Source: a virus (Duplodnaviria > Caudoviricetes). From it: a DNA stretch of 46,928 nt. Shown in pieces: positions 16,706-27,293 of this stretch. The translations under genes and the position numbers were made by a program. Location of the stretch: the IMG/VR virus record IMGVR_UViG_3300033145_000480, positions 1 to 46,928 of that record. One strand, 5' to 3'. The notes below the pieces were generated by a model that was given only the letters and a program-made list of their open reading frames with translations, was not told the DNA's origin and did no database searches. Position 1 is the stretch's first letter. The number at the start of each line of letters is the position of its first letter.

Positions 16706-18606
16706 TTTGCCCTTCCCGATGGAAGTATCTGTGCCAATATCCTCTCAAGTCCCCACGTCTCACCAGCCGTATCGTTGCCAAGCTTTACACCCATAAAGAT
16801 ACCTTTTGCTTTGTGGCGTATTCTTGTGTGTTTACCGGGCGATGTTACCGTGCCGCTAAATAATGAAGCACCAGCGTCAATCTGCTCTATTACTGACTCG
16901 GCTGTTTCGCCTACAATAATTTCATAGGCAATATCATCCGAATCCGATATAGTACCACCCACTCCACCGCCAGCCGAAACCACTGTCAGTGAGTTAAGCT
17001 TGCCATTGTAATCGTGGTCGTGCCCAATAAGAACCGGCCCCAAAAGGACATAGCTGTCGATCGCTTCGCTTGATGACGAATCAATTGAACCTGTGTCATC
17101 GCTTTTTGCATCGTTATCCATGACCCTAATATGTCCATCCCAACAGCCCAAAAGAGTTTTTCGTGTTTCGGGGTCATCGGCGTTATAATGCCATGAGCAC
17201 ATCACGCCATCCTCTTCAGGATAAGTCTCAGGAAAAAAGCCACCGCTTTGAAAATCATACCAGTAATTCGTATTAACTCCGGTTTCTATATTGGTTATAC
17301 ACACCTGTAAGCCCTGCCTGTTTGGGTCGAAACTCAATACTATTCTCTGAGTATTTGGGTTGAGGGCAAGGTCAGTGGTGAAATTTGGTATCTTATCGCT
17401 GGTCAAAGACTCTATTGCCGACATGTCCCTGTGAATCTTATAAAGACCTTTCAAATCAAGAATATATAGGTTGTCGTGGTCATCCCAACACCATGATTGT
17501 TGTGTGACTACCCCTATCTTGCCGTTTAAGAGGTCTAACGAGCCGCCTGTGGCCGGATCGCCACGAAGTAGGTACAATGACCCTATTGAGCCAAAAATCT
17601 CGTAGTCGTCGTTGTACGGTATCTCAGCGGTAATTATATCGCCAACCTTGCCAGACTCAGCATCAGTACCAGCAACCGGCGATTGGGCATCGTCGGCGGC
17701 GTAAAGCCAATCGTAAGGATTTGCCTGCCTGCTCTTGTACCATTGATGCGGATCAACACTATTTCCAGTGAGCGAAGCCCTGCCTCGATAATTCACTCCA
17801 ATTACCGCCCTGCCAGGCATACTGCCGTATGTTGTCGTATCGTTTGCGTATGGTGTCCAGTCATAGTAATGCGGGGTTGTTGGCTGTGTTACCGCGGAAG
17901 GTACGAGAGACCCCGTCATACTGCCGCCAGAGAGTGTATATCCACCTGTGGTTACAAACGTACCGGAAGTAGTTCTGCCATAAATATAGTTCGTACCAGC
18001 GCCTTCGCCTGTGACGAAGTCAACAACCATTGTTGCCGCACTTGTAGACTGGGTAACGGTTGACCCTCTCGTTGGCGCAACCAAAAGGCCGCTTACCGTC
18101 AACTTGGTATTAACAAAATCAACGACATTCTTTTTGTCATCATTGGCGATATAAATCTTTTGCTGCAACTCAAACATTGTCAGGGCTTTGCTGGTATCAA
18201 GCGTCAAGCCAGATAACTCAACCATTTTTGGCGGTGAATCCGTGTTCTCGTACCAGAATCCGTTATTCGCCACAGCACATAGTCGCTTGCTATAATTTTT
18301 TGCGTCCGGCAATGCAGCAGCTTCAGTAACCACAGTAAACGATAGCAGCCCACTTTCTTCATCGTCTGTAGTGCCGACAATTAGCCAGAAATACTCATCG
18401 CCGTAAGTCAATGAAATTCGAGGGTCGTATGCAGCCGTAGAAACTTCCCCACGATAGACATTAGTACTCTTGGCTGTTACTTCCGTTTCGTTTGTACCGA
18501 AATATACATCCCATGCGGAGTTAGAACCGGTATCTGTCCACGACAGTGTGGCGTTAATCGCAACACTTGTCGCGTCATCGACTGGACTGAAAGTTGATAA
18601 GGCCAT
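16702..18606 (-). CDS. Tail tube/nozzle (P22 gp10 / T7 gp12-like) protein with N-terminal Ig/FN3-like module
   Basis: 634 aa beta-rich protein at the nozzle position; N-terminal SPVDDATSV...LSW...WDVYFGT...YFW...LSFT module. Confidence 0.6.
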   Translation of the reverse strand: MALSTFSPVDDATSVAINATLSWTDTGSNSAWDVYFGTNETEVTAKSTNVYRGEVSTAAYDPRISLTYGDEYFWLIVGTTDDEESGLLSFTVVTEAAALPDAKNYSKRLCAVANNGFWYENTDSPPKMVELSGLTLDTSKALTMFELQQKIYIANDDKKNVVDFVNTKLTVSGLLVAPTRGSTVTQSTSAATMVVDFVTGEGAGTNYIYGRTTSGTFVTTGGYTLSGGSMTGSLVPSAVTQPTTPHYYDWTPYANDTTTYGSMPGRAVIGVNYRGRASLTGNSVDPHQWYKSRQANPYDWLYAADDAQSPVAGTDAESGKVGDIITAEIPYNDDYEIFGSIGSLYLLRGDPATGGSLDLLNGKIGVVTQQSWCWDDHDNLYILDLKGLYKIHRDMSAIESLTSDKIPNFTTDLALNPNTQRIVLSFDPNRQGLQVCITNIETGVNTNYWYDFQSGGFFPETYPEEDGVMCSWHYNADDPETRKTLLGCWDGHIRVMDNDAKSDDTGSIDSSSSEAIDSYVLLGPVLIGHDHDYNGKLNSLTVVSAGGGVGGTISDSDDIAYEIIVGETAESVIEQIDAGASLFSGTVTSPGKHTRIRHKAKGIFMGVKLGNDTAGETWGLERILAQILPSGRAK

Positions 18607-18613
18607 AATACTC

Positions 18614-18844
18614 CTAAGATACCGATACTGTTGTTATTTGACAAATTGCCACAATTGGCCGAGAGTTACTACCACCAGGCTTTTGGTTATAACCTTTTGC
18701 GAAACCGGGTCGCTGTCCGCCTCTGGCGCGATACTCCAGAACATCACGCGGCCTTACATTATTCATTCTTGGACTGGTAAACCCCGGCTGCGTTGTCGCT
18801 GCAAAGTTGACGTTCTTGCCCATCATTGGAAATTGTATTTTCAC
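18614..18844 (-). CDS. Small tail protein resembling the N terminus of nozzle proteins
   Basis: FPMMG...QPGFTSP..NNVRP.D....ARGGQRPG motif. Confidence 0.55.
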   Translation of the reverse strand: MKIQFPMMGKNVNFAATTQPGFTSPRMNNVRPRDVLEYRARGGQRPGFAKGYNQKPGGSNSRPIVAICQITTVSVS

Positions 18845-18854
18845 ATCAACCCCC

Positions 18855-19169
18855 TTACAGTTCTATCGGAAGGCCGAGTAATTGTTTGCCTGTCCACGAC
18901 ACCCTTTTGCCAAACTCTACGGTGTCAGAATCGGCTGGCGAAGCGGCGTCATAAAACAAAGCATCATAATCACCTGCAGGAAGGTTGGCCGGGATAGTTA
19001 TCGGGATGCCGCCAACGTTGGCATTACTTGACAACTCAATGTCGGTGTTGCCCCATGTTGCAGCCATTGCAAGCGCGTCAGCAGCAACGTCCCACTGTTG
19101 GCCGTCTACAACCCTAACTAACCGCATGTATGGATTTGTCATACTTCTGTAAACTATAAAACTATACAT
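18855..19169 (-). CDS. Hypothetical virion protein
   Basis: 104 aa ORF in the structural operon with SD. Confidence 0.6.
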   Translation of the reverse strand: MYSFIVYRSMTNPYMRLVRVVDGQQWDVAADALAMAATWGNTDIELSSNANVGGIPITIPANLPAGDYDALFYDAASPADSDTVEFGKRVSWTGKQLLGLPIEL

Positions 19170-19180
19170 ATTGTCCCTTT

Positions 19181-19798
19181 CTATGTGTAAAAACCACCTT
19201 TTATACTTGATTGTTTTCTACCAGTTGTTCCAACGTCGCGATGGAGTGCCTGCTGTCGGTTCCAAACCGCAGTTGCTATATCCGTTATTGCAGCCGCTCC
19301 AGCGGTCTGAGAATACGTGTCTGCCCAGATACGTACCTTATCGCCTATGGCAATTGGAAACTCGAACGCCGCATCGGTTTCGACCTTCTTATTCGCACCA
19401 GTGTAATCAATAACGCGCCGCGAAGCTACCACCCCGCCCGACACATCAATGACGGATATTACCATATTATTGTACTCGTCATTGTTGCCGGAACCATCCG
19501 TAAGCGTAAATGTAGTATCAATCGAACTTCCGTCAGGATTGTCGTCTGCAACTGCGCTTTCAAGTGCAATATTAACGTGATACTCATCGCCACTAATTAT
19601 ATTAGAGCCTTCTGTGATAACAACAATATCACCAGCAACAATCAGTGTTGGTGAACCTTTATAAACACCACTACCAACAGGCTCTTCGGCCATTGTAACC
19701 GCAGCAGCCCTTGCCGCTATCGTGCCGTTGTTGTCGTAAAAGACTTGGTACTTAATTGTCTTTCCGGTAGCATAAATTACTTTAATCAGATTTGTCAT
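19181..19798 (-). CDS. Hypothetical virion protein
   Basis: 205 aa beta-rich ORF in the structural operon. Confidence 0.65.
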   Translation of the reverse strand: MTNLIKVIYATGKTIKYQVFYDNNGTIAARAAAVTMAEEPVGSGVYKGSPTLIVAGDIVVITEGSNIISGDEYHVNIALESAVADDNPDGSSIDTTFTLTDGSGNNDEYNNMVISVIDVSGGVVASRRVIDYTGANKKVETDAAFEFPIAIGDKVRIWADTYSQTAGAAAITDIATAVWNRQQALHRDVGTTGRKQSSIKGGFYT

Positions 19799-20105
19799 CT
19801 GTATCTATCAACTCCATAATTTGACCGTAAATCAGCACCGGTTGAAATATCCCACACCGATCCTTAATTAACGTTAATTCATCAACAGTGTAATCAGTCT
19901 CATTTGTGGCAGCCTGAATTTTCACAAACAACCGATACAATTTGCTCTTTAAGTCCGGCTTGTCTGCCTGCTGACCAGACAATAAACTATCGATGATTCT
20001 ATCTTTGAATGTTACTTTTTTAGACCCGCCCTGTTCGTCATTCTTCGCAATCTCAAGGTCTGTACCATCAATCGCTTTTATGGCTTTGTCGAAATTCTTC
20101 TTCAT
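19782..20105 (-). CDS. Hypothetical protein (fibre-associated)
   Basis: 107 aa ORF with AAGGAG SD downstream of the large fibre. Confidence 0.65.
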   Translation of the reverse strand: MKKNFDKAIKAIDGTDLEIAKNDEQGGSKKVTFKDRIIDSLLSGQQADKPDLKSKLYRLFVKIQAATNETDYTVDELTLIKDRCGIFQPVLIYGQIMELIDTDDKSD

Positions 20106-20145
20106 TCTTCTCTCCTTATTCTAAAATATTATTATTAATTTTTGC

Positions 20146-20400
20146 TTACTCTCTCTTGAAAATATCTTTAGTTAATGTAACTCTATTGTTTTGTGCTACA
20201 ACGTGTAATGCGTGGTCAAGTTTATTTAGGAGATAGCTTTTTATCATATCTTCTATGTGCTCTTTGCGTGATGCAAACTTGGGTGTGCCGATGTCGTCGT
20301 CTCCTAATGGTATTGTCGGGATAGGATAAACCTCGTCCCATGCAGCTATAGCCGCCTGGACGTCAACACCCAAATCATCTATTTCTACTTCAAATAACAT
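20146..20400 (-). CDS. Hypothetical protein
   Basis: 84 aa ORF with AAGGAG SD. Confidence 0.6.
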   Translation of the reverse strand: MLFEVEIDDLGVDVQAAIAAWDEVYPIPTIPLGDDDIGTPKFASRKEHIEDMIKSYLLNKLDHALHVVAQNNRVTLTKDIFKRE

Positions 20401-20412
20401 TTTGTTCTCCTT

Positions 20413-23094
20413 TTAACTTCCTGCTACTATTTTTTCTGCACCGCCGTAATAAAGGTGAAGTCCGTCATCTTCCATCCAAACCATGCCATTCTCAAGGTCA
20501 GCAGGAGCCGTGCCAAGATATGGGGCTTTAATCACACCGTCGCCCCTGATTCTCATGCCAAGTTCTCTACTACTATAAATCTTAAAATGATCTTCTTTTG
20601 GCAGGGTTACTATGGCAGCTGCACGTGTTCTCGTTATCCTGACGTAATAGCCTGCCGTTATTGCCTCAGTATCACTCGCATTGCTTTCGGCCCATGCGAT
20701 AGGAGCATTAAAAGATATTTGCCCCGACTTCTGAAAACCGTCGGTACCATCAGACAAAATCGTAAGGTTGGCCCATGTATCATTGCCGGTTGAATATTCG
20801 AATGTTGCATTTATGTTTTTTGAACCACCCGTATCCGCCACATACTCAATGACCTCAAAGGTATCGCTGTCTCCGATAAGAATATAATCATTCACCGCAT
20901 CAAATAACTCTTCATCAACATCGCTATTAATAAAAGCGTCATTCCCCACGCCCGCGGAATTGACTCTGTCTACCATAGTGTCAGTAGAATCATCATACTC
21001 ATACCCATAATCAGGATTTGCGGCGGTTGCACCCTGTACCACAAGGGCATTATCAAATCCTGGCAAAACTTTATAGGCCGTTGCAGTTGCATCTGAGCCA
21101 TTAATTATTGCGGCGAGATATGCGTCAACTTCTGTGGCAGAATCAGCAGCAGCAGCATTTGTTACAGTAAGCCTCGCACCAATACAGCCCCCCGTCTCTC
21201 CAGCACCTAACGCACCAGAAACATAATCTAACGTCAACGCCTGGACGCTGGAATGCCCGTTAGCATTCGCTTGGAACAGGCCACCGTCTGCATCATCTGC
21301 ACCGGCGTCGAGTTCCACTTCAAATAAATATTTAGAGTATTCATTACCAATCCAATCAGAACTATGTATATCGACATGGCCCATCGAATTACATTGAAAC
21401 TCATTGTGGTATCCGTCTCCAATCACAACTTGAGGGTGTTCTATTATATAATACCCAAAGTCAGTGATGTCAAAATCCCACCCCATAGTATGCAGGATAA
21501 CATTATCCGCATCAATAACCTCAGTAATTCCAGCCATCGCACCTCTGTATGTGCCGGTTCTGACGATTATCCACTTGCCGACATCTGCCGCGGTAAATAC
21601 TCCGCTTGCATCGTGCATCCACGATTCGTATGTCCCTTCGGTGTAATCAAAGTCGGCCTCATTAGCTGATAAATCATGCTCAATTACAACCCCGCCATCA
21701 GGCCATAACACCAAAGAACCACCTCCGGTCATCGCGTCAGCCTTAATTCCGTTTGAGGTATATATTCTGCCATTGGCTTGGATTTGGGCAAGAACTGCGT
21801 CAGAGCTATCTGTCCATGTCTGCAAATAGGCTGTTTGCGATACCGCACCTTTGATTGTAAGAGGTATTGTGCTAGCCGTGAGCGAAGTTATATCTGTTGT
21901 AGAGAGCGATGCCGTTGCACTGCCAATCTGTGTTATTGCTCCTGTTGCCGATATTTGAGTGTAGTTTGTTGTGCCATCGCCGATTAAAGTTGGCATTACA
22001 ATCTTAAAACCAAGAATATTAGCGTCTTGGCGTGTCAGCTTAAAATAATCGTCTGAGTCATCAACTTTCCATTCAATATATTTGTTTGCACCAGCAGCGG
22101 TTATCCTCCCTACGTGCCGAAGCCACTTAGAGGCCGCTGACGAAGATGTTGGATGGTTAATATATGTGCCAAGGATTGGGTTGAAAGCAATATAATAAGA
22201 CGCCCCCGCAGTTTGATAGAACACATTGCCTTTGCCTGTCAATATTACGTTACGAAACGCATCAACGTACATCTGCAAATCATTATCACCCTCCGCTGCT
22301 TTGCGACTAACAATGAGCCTTTTTCCCTCTGATGCGTCATCAACATCCGTATCACCAAAGAGTCTGACATTGCCTTGAGCGTCAGGCATTATCTTGAGGT
22401 CGCCATTGGAATTAAACAACTCAGGAAAATCTAAATTGCCAGTACCAGACAAATTTCCGCTACTAAAACTTATTGGTCCAATAGTGTCAACTATTGACCC
22501 TGTACTCAACAGCAAAGTATCAAACTTGCCAACAGTTCCACAGTTAATACTCCTTGGTCTTAATGTGCCTCCAGGGTCGCCTATATCATATACATTATCA
22601 GCGCCAGGCCAATAGTGCCCGGCACCTGTCATAGTCCATCGCAAAGACAAAACGCCTTCTCCATCGCCGGTTGTAGAAAAGCCAAGAGCCGTAGGCAAAT
22701 CGCCAGTAGCATGGTCAAGTTCTGCGTAAGCGTGTATCGAGGCAACATTTTTATACTTTCCAGTAATATCGCCCTGGGCAAAACCTGCCGCATCAAAGGC
22801 AGCAAACTTTAAATCGCCAATGCGGTCATCGACAGATAGATAGCCAAACACGCCATCATTTCTCGCCCTTAGCAACTTGAGTACAGGAGCTTGGATAGCA
22901 GTATCAGAAAACCGATAAAGAGCAAAGACTCCATCGGTAGTATCAACCCTGCCCTCTGTCGAAACGCCGGTGTAGAGCTTGAGGATATTAGAGGTAAAAG
23001 TGCCAGATGTTAGTGTTATGCCTGCGGTGTCCAAAGTGTAGACATCGCCCGCAAAAGAATCATATCTTATATTGTTTTCAATAGTTATAAGCAT
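20413..23094 (-). CDS. Long tail fibre / tailspike-like protein
   Basis: 893 aa G/T/D/A-rich mosaic beta protein; C-terminal AP.DLENGMVWME..GLHLY motif typical of fibre tips. Confidence 0.7.
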   Translation of the reverse strand: MLITIENNIRYDSFAGDVYTLDTAGITLTSGTFTSNILKLYTGVSTEGRVDTTDGVFALYRFSDTAIQAPVLKLLRARNDGVFGYLSVDDRIGDLKFAAFDAAGFAQGDITGKYKNVASIHAYAELDHATGDLPTALGFSTTGDGEGVLSLRWTMTGAGHYWPGADNVYDIGDPGGTLRPRSINCGTVGKFDTLLLSTGSIVDTIGPISFSSGNLSGTGNLDFPELFNSNGDLKIMPDAQGNVRLFGDTDVDDASEGKRLIVSRKAAEGDNDLQMYVDAFRNVILTGKGNVFYQTAGASYYIAFNPILGTYINHPTSSSAASKWLRHVGRITAAGANKYIEWKVDDSDDYFKLTRQDANILGFKIVMPTLIGDGTTNYTQISATGAITQIGSATASLSTTDITSLTASTIPLTIKGAVSQTAYLQTWTDSSDAVLAQIQANGRIYTSNGIKADAMTGGGSLVLWPDGGVVIEHDLSANEADFDYTEGTYESWMHDASGVFTAADVGKWIIVRTGTYRGAMAGITEVIDADNVILHTMGWDFDITDFGYYIIEHPQVVIGDGYHNEFQCNSMGHVDIHSSDWIGNEYSKYLFEVELDAGADDADGGLFQANANGHSSVQALTLDYVSGALGAGETGGCIGARLTVTNAAAADSATEVDAYLAAIINGSDATATAYKVLPGFDNALVVQGATAANPDYGYEYDDSTDTMVDRVNSAGVGNDAFINSDVDEELFDAVNDYILIGDSDTFEVIEYVADTGGSKNINATFEYSTGNDTWANLTILSDGTDGFQKSGQISFNAPIAWAESNASDTEAITAGYYVRITRTRAAAIVTLPKEDHFKIYSSRELGMRIRGDGVIKAPYLGTAPADLENGMVWMEDDGLHLYYGGAEKIVAGS

Positions 23095-23616
23095 CTATTC
23101 TCGCACTGGCTTCGTTATTACTTTAACTTTTTTGGCCGTAAATTTCAGACATGCCTCACATTCAATCCGCAAGGGTGTTTTAGTTATAAAACGAATGATT
23201 ACCTTGTAGGTTTCGAGATACCACGCACCAGTCTTATCCACAGGACTATAAAACGTATGGCCGCAGGACTCACATTCCCATTTTTGCACCTGTCTTGTGG
23301 GCGGTAATGACGGCTCTGCAATGTTATGTATTTCGTTAGAAGGCCCATAGGTTTCAGCATAAGCCATTCGCATAGCCTGCACTCTGTTCAAATCCTGCAA
23401 CATTGTCAATGGCCGCACATTCCAGCTACCGGTAGCATTTTTGGTGTACTCGGCAAGGAATGTTTCTAAATAAAACGGGTTAACAAAACCTTCACGCTGA
23501 ACAGAACCCCAAATGCCTATAATCAAACTTGGTATAGTCTTCTCGGTATGACCTGTAGGTTCACGAGTACCATCATCCAATATCCAACCCCACCGATAAC
23601 CTTTGAAATCTTCCAT
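23095..23616 (-). CDS. Hypothetical protein with two CxxC pairs
   Basis: ATG 23616 with GGAAGG SD; CESC...CEAC. Confidence 0.6.
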   Translation of the reverse strand: MEDFKGYRWGWILDDGTREPTGHTEKTIPSLIIGIWGSVQREGFVNPFYLETFLAEYTKNATGSWNVRPLTMLQDLNRVQAMRMAYAETYGPSNEIHNIAEPSLPPTRQVQKWECESCGHTFYSPVDKTGAWYLETYKVIIRFITKTPLRIECEACLKFTAKKVKVITKPVRE

Positions 23617-23638
23617 TGTGTTTACCTTCCTGTTAAAA

Positions 23639-24115
23639 TTACCCAACAATTCGTGCGCCTGGGGCTAATGACTTGTATCGCATAAATAACGTACCTATCC
23701 CTGATGTCGGGTTCGCATTACTAAATGTAAAGTCAACCCCGCCCTCCGGCAATATCATAGTAGCTCCGCCGCCAAGCGGTAACGCAGTGCCCGGTACAGA
23801 TTTTACTGGAGTTGTTGCATCAAGCTCGGCATAGAAAAAATCACCTATTGCGGCCTGGGCGATGTCTACGCCACTGGTTGCAATGTCAGTTACGTTTGTA
23901 CCAGCAGCACCATCGTAAGTAGGGTCTGAAACCCAACCCATTTGACAAGCGTTATTGCTGACGGCCTCAGTAATCATTAGTGCCATCACGCTAACTTCTA
24001 CAGGGCCGCCAACTACAGTAACAACATCTGCAACATTATTGCCGTCAAGTGCAATGTCCGAAATGCTAACACATCGTTCTGCCATACCTGCAAGGTAAAG
24101 ACTATTATTATCCAT
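23639..24115 (-). CDS. Hypothetical virion protein
   Basis: Beta-rich A/G/T protein; start at 24115 (GGAG SD) or 24130. Confidence 0.6.
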   Translation of the reverse strand: MDNNSLYLAGMAERCVSISDIALDGNNVADVVTVVGGPVEVSVMALMITEAVSNNACQMGWVSDPTYDGAAGTNVTDIATSGVDIAQAAIGDFFYAELDATTPVKSVPGTALPLGGGATMILPEGGVDFTFSNANPTSGIGTLFMRYKSLAPGARIVG

Positions 24116-24116
24116 T

Positions 24117-25118
24117 TTATCGTTCTCCATTGTATGTTACAAAAAAGGTTCCGGGATGTCTCTGTCGCACATCGTACACATCAAGGTTATCGCTATTGTC
24201 GCCATTATATCCCAAGTATTGAGCCTGATACGCCGACTTGTCTATTGCTATACTGGCTGTTAATCGGGAGACAAAGTATTCCCACTTCGGCCCCTTCGTC
24301 TCGTCTTCCTGTAATTCGGCAATAGCCAAACAACTTGCCTCTATTGTCTCTGCGTGCATGGCGCCGCCATAAGGATATATAAGCGTAGTCTCGACAAGAG
24401 CACTTGGCAGAATCAGTTTCCTATAAGTAAGTGTGTAGGCGTCGTTCGGTATTGGGAAGAACATTATCTCAAACCTTTGGCCTACCGTGGTGGTTTCGTG
24501 TGCCTTCGGCCTGATTGCAGCATTGCAAGGATACGATCTTGTAGTAGTCCCCCTACGCATACTGCGAATATCACCTTCGCCGACTATTTTTATGTCTGGC
24601 TTGTTCTCGATTGAATTGTAAGTCATCTTCCCTTCGATGCCGCCAAAGTCGTCTGGCAAGTCGTAATTGCCATTGTGCTTCAATGTGTATTCTGCCGCCG
24701 TTTCAGTGTCCTCGCCCCATGCCGCCGACAATTCGATGTTGTTATCATCAGTTCTGGTAGAGATTGCATATTCAATGCTATCAACAACCAGCACTCCATG
24801 AGTCGCAACCCACGAAGGCCATGTGCCGGTGGTCAACGTTACTGTCGTTGCGCCATTAGCTATGGCAATAGTGCCAGTTGAATACGAAGCTATCGTATCG
24901 AGTGATGTAGTCGGTTTCAAAAACCGCCATTCGTAAGGCGCCTCATTTTCATAGATGCGCGGCGGATTGTAAAACTGTCGCAAACCTCGCTTCAATATCA
25001 TAGCGATAATAGCAACTTGGTTTTCAGTCCACTTATCTGCATCTATGCCAAAGCCCAAAAAATGAGCTATGGCTATTCGCAGGTCAGAATATTGCGAAGA
25101 TAATGTACTCTCGGCCAT
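24117..25118 (-). CDS. Head-tail adaptor / tail tubular protein A-like
   Basis: YSDLRIAIAHFLG...YEWRFLK...YDLPDDFG...FFPIPNDAYTLTYR pattern with an inserted beta domain. Confidence 0.7.
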   Translation of the reverse strand: MAESTLSSQYSDLRIAIAHFLGFGIDADKWTENQVAIIAMILKRGLRQFYNPPRIYENEAPYEWRFLKPTTSLDTIASYSTGTIAIANGATTVTLTTGTWPSWVATHGVLVVDSIEYAISTRTDDNNIELSAAWGEDTETAAEYTLKHNGNYDLPDDFGGIEGKMTYNSIENKPDIKIVGEGDIRSMRRGTTTRSYPCNAAIRPKAHETTTVGQRFEIMFFPIPNDAYTLTYRKLILPSALVETTLIYPYGGAMHAETIEASCLAIAELQEDETKGPKWEYFVSRLTASIAIDKSAYQAQYLGYNGDNSDNLDVYDVRQRHPGTFFVTYNGER

Positions 25119-25121
25119 AAT

Positions 25122-25631
25122 TTACCCCTTTACAGCAATACTGACTTCATTTTCGGCCAACACCAAAGGATCGTCAACATTGGCTATTTTAACGTAATAG
25201 GTTGTATTCTTGCCATCAATATCCGAATCGACAACCTTACCCTTAATCACTTGGCCCTTATAAAATACTTCGACTTTCGTTCCATTTGTAAAAACGTTGC
25301 CGGCAACTGTGTCATCAGGCGATTGGGGTTTCTTGACTGCTGGTGCGATTTTTCGCTTAACCTCTTTCGCTTTTGCTGGTTCGACCTCACCATTAAACAG
25401 TTTTGTTTCAGGGTCATAACCTGCCGACAAAACGACGAACGCCATATCACTTGGTTTTAATCGTGCATCTAATTTGTCAACCAACTTTTTAATACGAAGA
25501 TACGCAAGAACTAAAACATCTGGCAACTCTTTCCTTTCAATCAACCTGTACAATACGCCTTTATCAACATCTGTAATTCTGTCTCTCAATTCCATGTTAC
25601 ACCTCATTTTGTTTGGGTTAGTATTATCCAA
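25122..25631 (-). CDS. Hypothetical protein with C-terminal SH3/Tudor-like segment
   Basis: 169 aa ORF; GTKVEVFYKGQVIKGKVVD...YYVKI. Confidence 0.55.
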   Translation of the reverse strand: MDNTNPNKMRCNMELRDRITDVDKGVLYRLIERKELPDVLVLAYLRIKKLVDKLDARLKPSDMAFVVLSAGYDPETKLFNGEVEPAKAKEVKRKIAPAVKKPQSPDDTVAGNVFTNGTKVEVFYKGQVIKGKVVDSDIDGKNTTYYVKIANVDDPLVLAENEVSIAVKG

Positions 25632-27270
25632 CGGGCATTAGCCCCTTATTATCTGCACGATACCAATGGTAAACATACAGGCCACGACATATTCCAACTT
25701 TGCCGCCAACCTTTATTATTCGCTGGTGAAAATCGTTATCAACTCCAAGAAAACCATCTTTGAAACCACCAGCCTTTTTCCATGCCGATTTTTTAATTAG
25801 CATTACAACGCCACTTATACAATGACTATTGGTAGCGTCATTTACATCTGTGCCACACTGCTTCTGTAATTGCAACCCAATGCCTCGATGATACATAATG
25901 TCGTGAGTATCTTTAAGTTTGTCTATTTTCTGTTCAGGATTGCCAATGCGGTTTGTGCATACCGACAAAAGACCGTATTGAGGATTTGCCTCAATAATAT
26001 CGCCCAACTGCTTAAACCAATCGTCTGTAGTAAACATCGCATCATGGTCAACGAAACAAGCCCAATCGCCATCGTTAAGTAATTCCATATATTTGTTATA
26101 TGTCCCGCCCAAGTTTTTATCTGCCGACGATGGTGCGTATGCTATAAAATTATAAATCGTGGGTTTTGTCTTTATCTCAATTTTGGGTTTTGGTTCTTTC
26201 ATTATTCGCTCATATACCTTTAAGGCCGCTTCGCCTGCGCGCTTTAGATTGAAACTCTTTTCCGCCATTGCCCTTGCTTCTTTTTTGGCGGCGTCCATAT
26301 TGCCCTTAATGTCGTTCCAGCACTCGTTTATCTTTGCCGCAAAACCCTCGATGTCTCTTGCGTCGGCGGTGTATTTTGTATAAGGACAACCGCAACCCGC
26401 CACGATTGGTAATTCTGAAGCTAACGACTCTCTAATCACTCTCGTTGCAATGTGGTGTGGAGTTACCAATATGTCATTTGACCTATAAACCTGCTTCATG
26501 TTCCTTACTAATGGCTCTGCCTGATTTACTATATTGGCATCAACAAGTTTTTCGATGATGTCTTTTATTGGACTCTCCTCTTTTCTTTGCAACCCGTAGA
26601 TGTTTATTCTTGCCCCAGGACAATATTTACGAACAAATAATGAAGCTGCCATAAGCACATTAAACGGAGACGTGTCTTGCCTAAACATGTCGGCAATAAG
26701 TATATTAGGCTTGCCTCCTTTTTCGTTGTAATTCAAACTGACACCAGAAGAACTGAAAACGTCCAAGTTTACCATTGCCGGAACGTAATCTATCTTCCTG
26801 TCGGGCAAAAGCAGGCTAAGAAAATCAACATGCTCTTCCCAGAACGTCATAAAAGACTTGTATCGCTGGTCTGAAGCACTACTAAAATACTCTTGCAAAA
26901 TTTTGTATTTCTTGGTGTATTCCAACTCAAACAAATACTCAGGCCGACCGTGCATACAGAACACTTGTGGTTTATTAAGCGCCTGTATATTGGGCGGTAT
27001 TGCAGAATGCCTTACAATAATATCTGCTTTTTCAGACCAGCTTGGCCCTACTGTTGTAACACCACAGGCAGACTTACCAACTATACTTGGCTTATTGCCT
27101 CCTTCATAGTCTATTAGTTGCGAATCAATCCCTACCGCTCTTTCGGCCATCACCATATCAATAGCTGTGCCAGATATGCCAGCTTGGTTGGGTGCAACCT
27201 TTGCGAAGTGAGCAACTTTTAATTTGCTTTGCGGATTTATTGAAATAACTTTTTTACCATTTAGTTTCAT
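25624..27270 (-). CDS. Two-domain glycosyltransferase (GT-B/GT4-like plus GT-A/GT2-like)
   Basis: N-terminal Y...DILVTP...RVIRESLASELPIVA (GT4-like); C-terminal YN..M...DWACFVDHDAMF...ISGVVMLIKKSAWKKAGGF...GVDNDFH (GT2 DxD); start 27270 has a GGAG SD. Confidence 0.85.
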   Translation of the reverse strand: MKLNGKKVISINPQSKLKVAHFAKVAPNQAGISGTAIDMVMAERAVGIDSQLIDYEGGNKPSIVGKSACGVTTVGPSWSEKADIIVRHSAIPPNIQALNKPQVFCMHGRPEYLFELEYTKKYKILQEYFSSASDQRYKSFMTFWEEHVDFLSLLLPDRKIDYVPAMVNLDVFSSSGVSLNYNEKGGKPNILIADMFRQDTSPFNVLMAASLFVRKYCPGARINIYGLQRKEESPIKDIIEKLVDANIVNQAEPLVRNMKQVYRSNDILVTPHHIATRVIRESLASELPIVAGCGCPYTKYTADARDIEGFAAKINECWNDIKGNMDAAKKEARAMAEKSFNLKRAGEAALKVYERIMKEPKPKIEIKTKPTIYNFIAYAPSSADKNLGGTYNKYMELLNDGDWACFVDHDAMFTTDDWFKQLGDIIEANPQYGLLSVCTNRIGNPEQKIDKLKDTHDIMYHRGIGLQLQKQCGTDVNDATNSHCISGVVMLIKKSAWKKAGGFKDGFLGVDNDFHQRIIKVGGKVGICRGLYVYHWYRADNKGLMPVG

Positions 27271-27293
27271 ACGCTCTCCAGTTCGGGTTAAGG

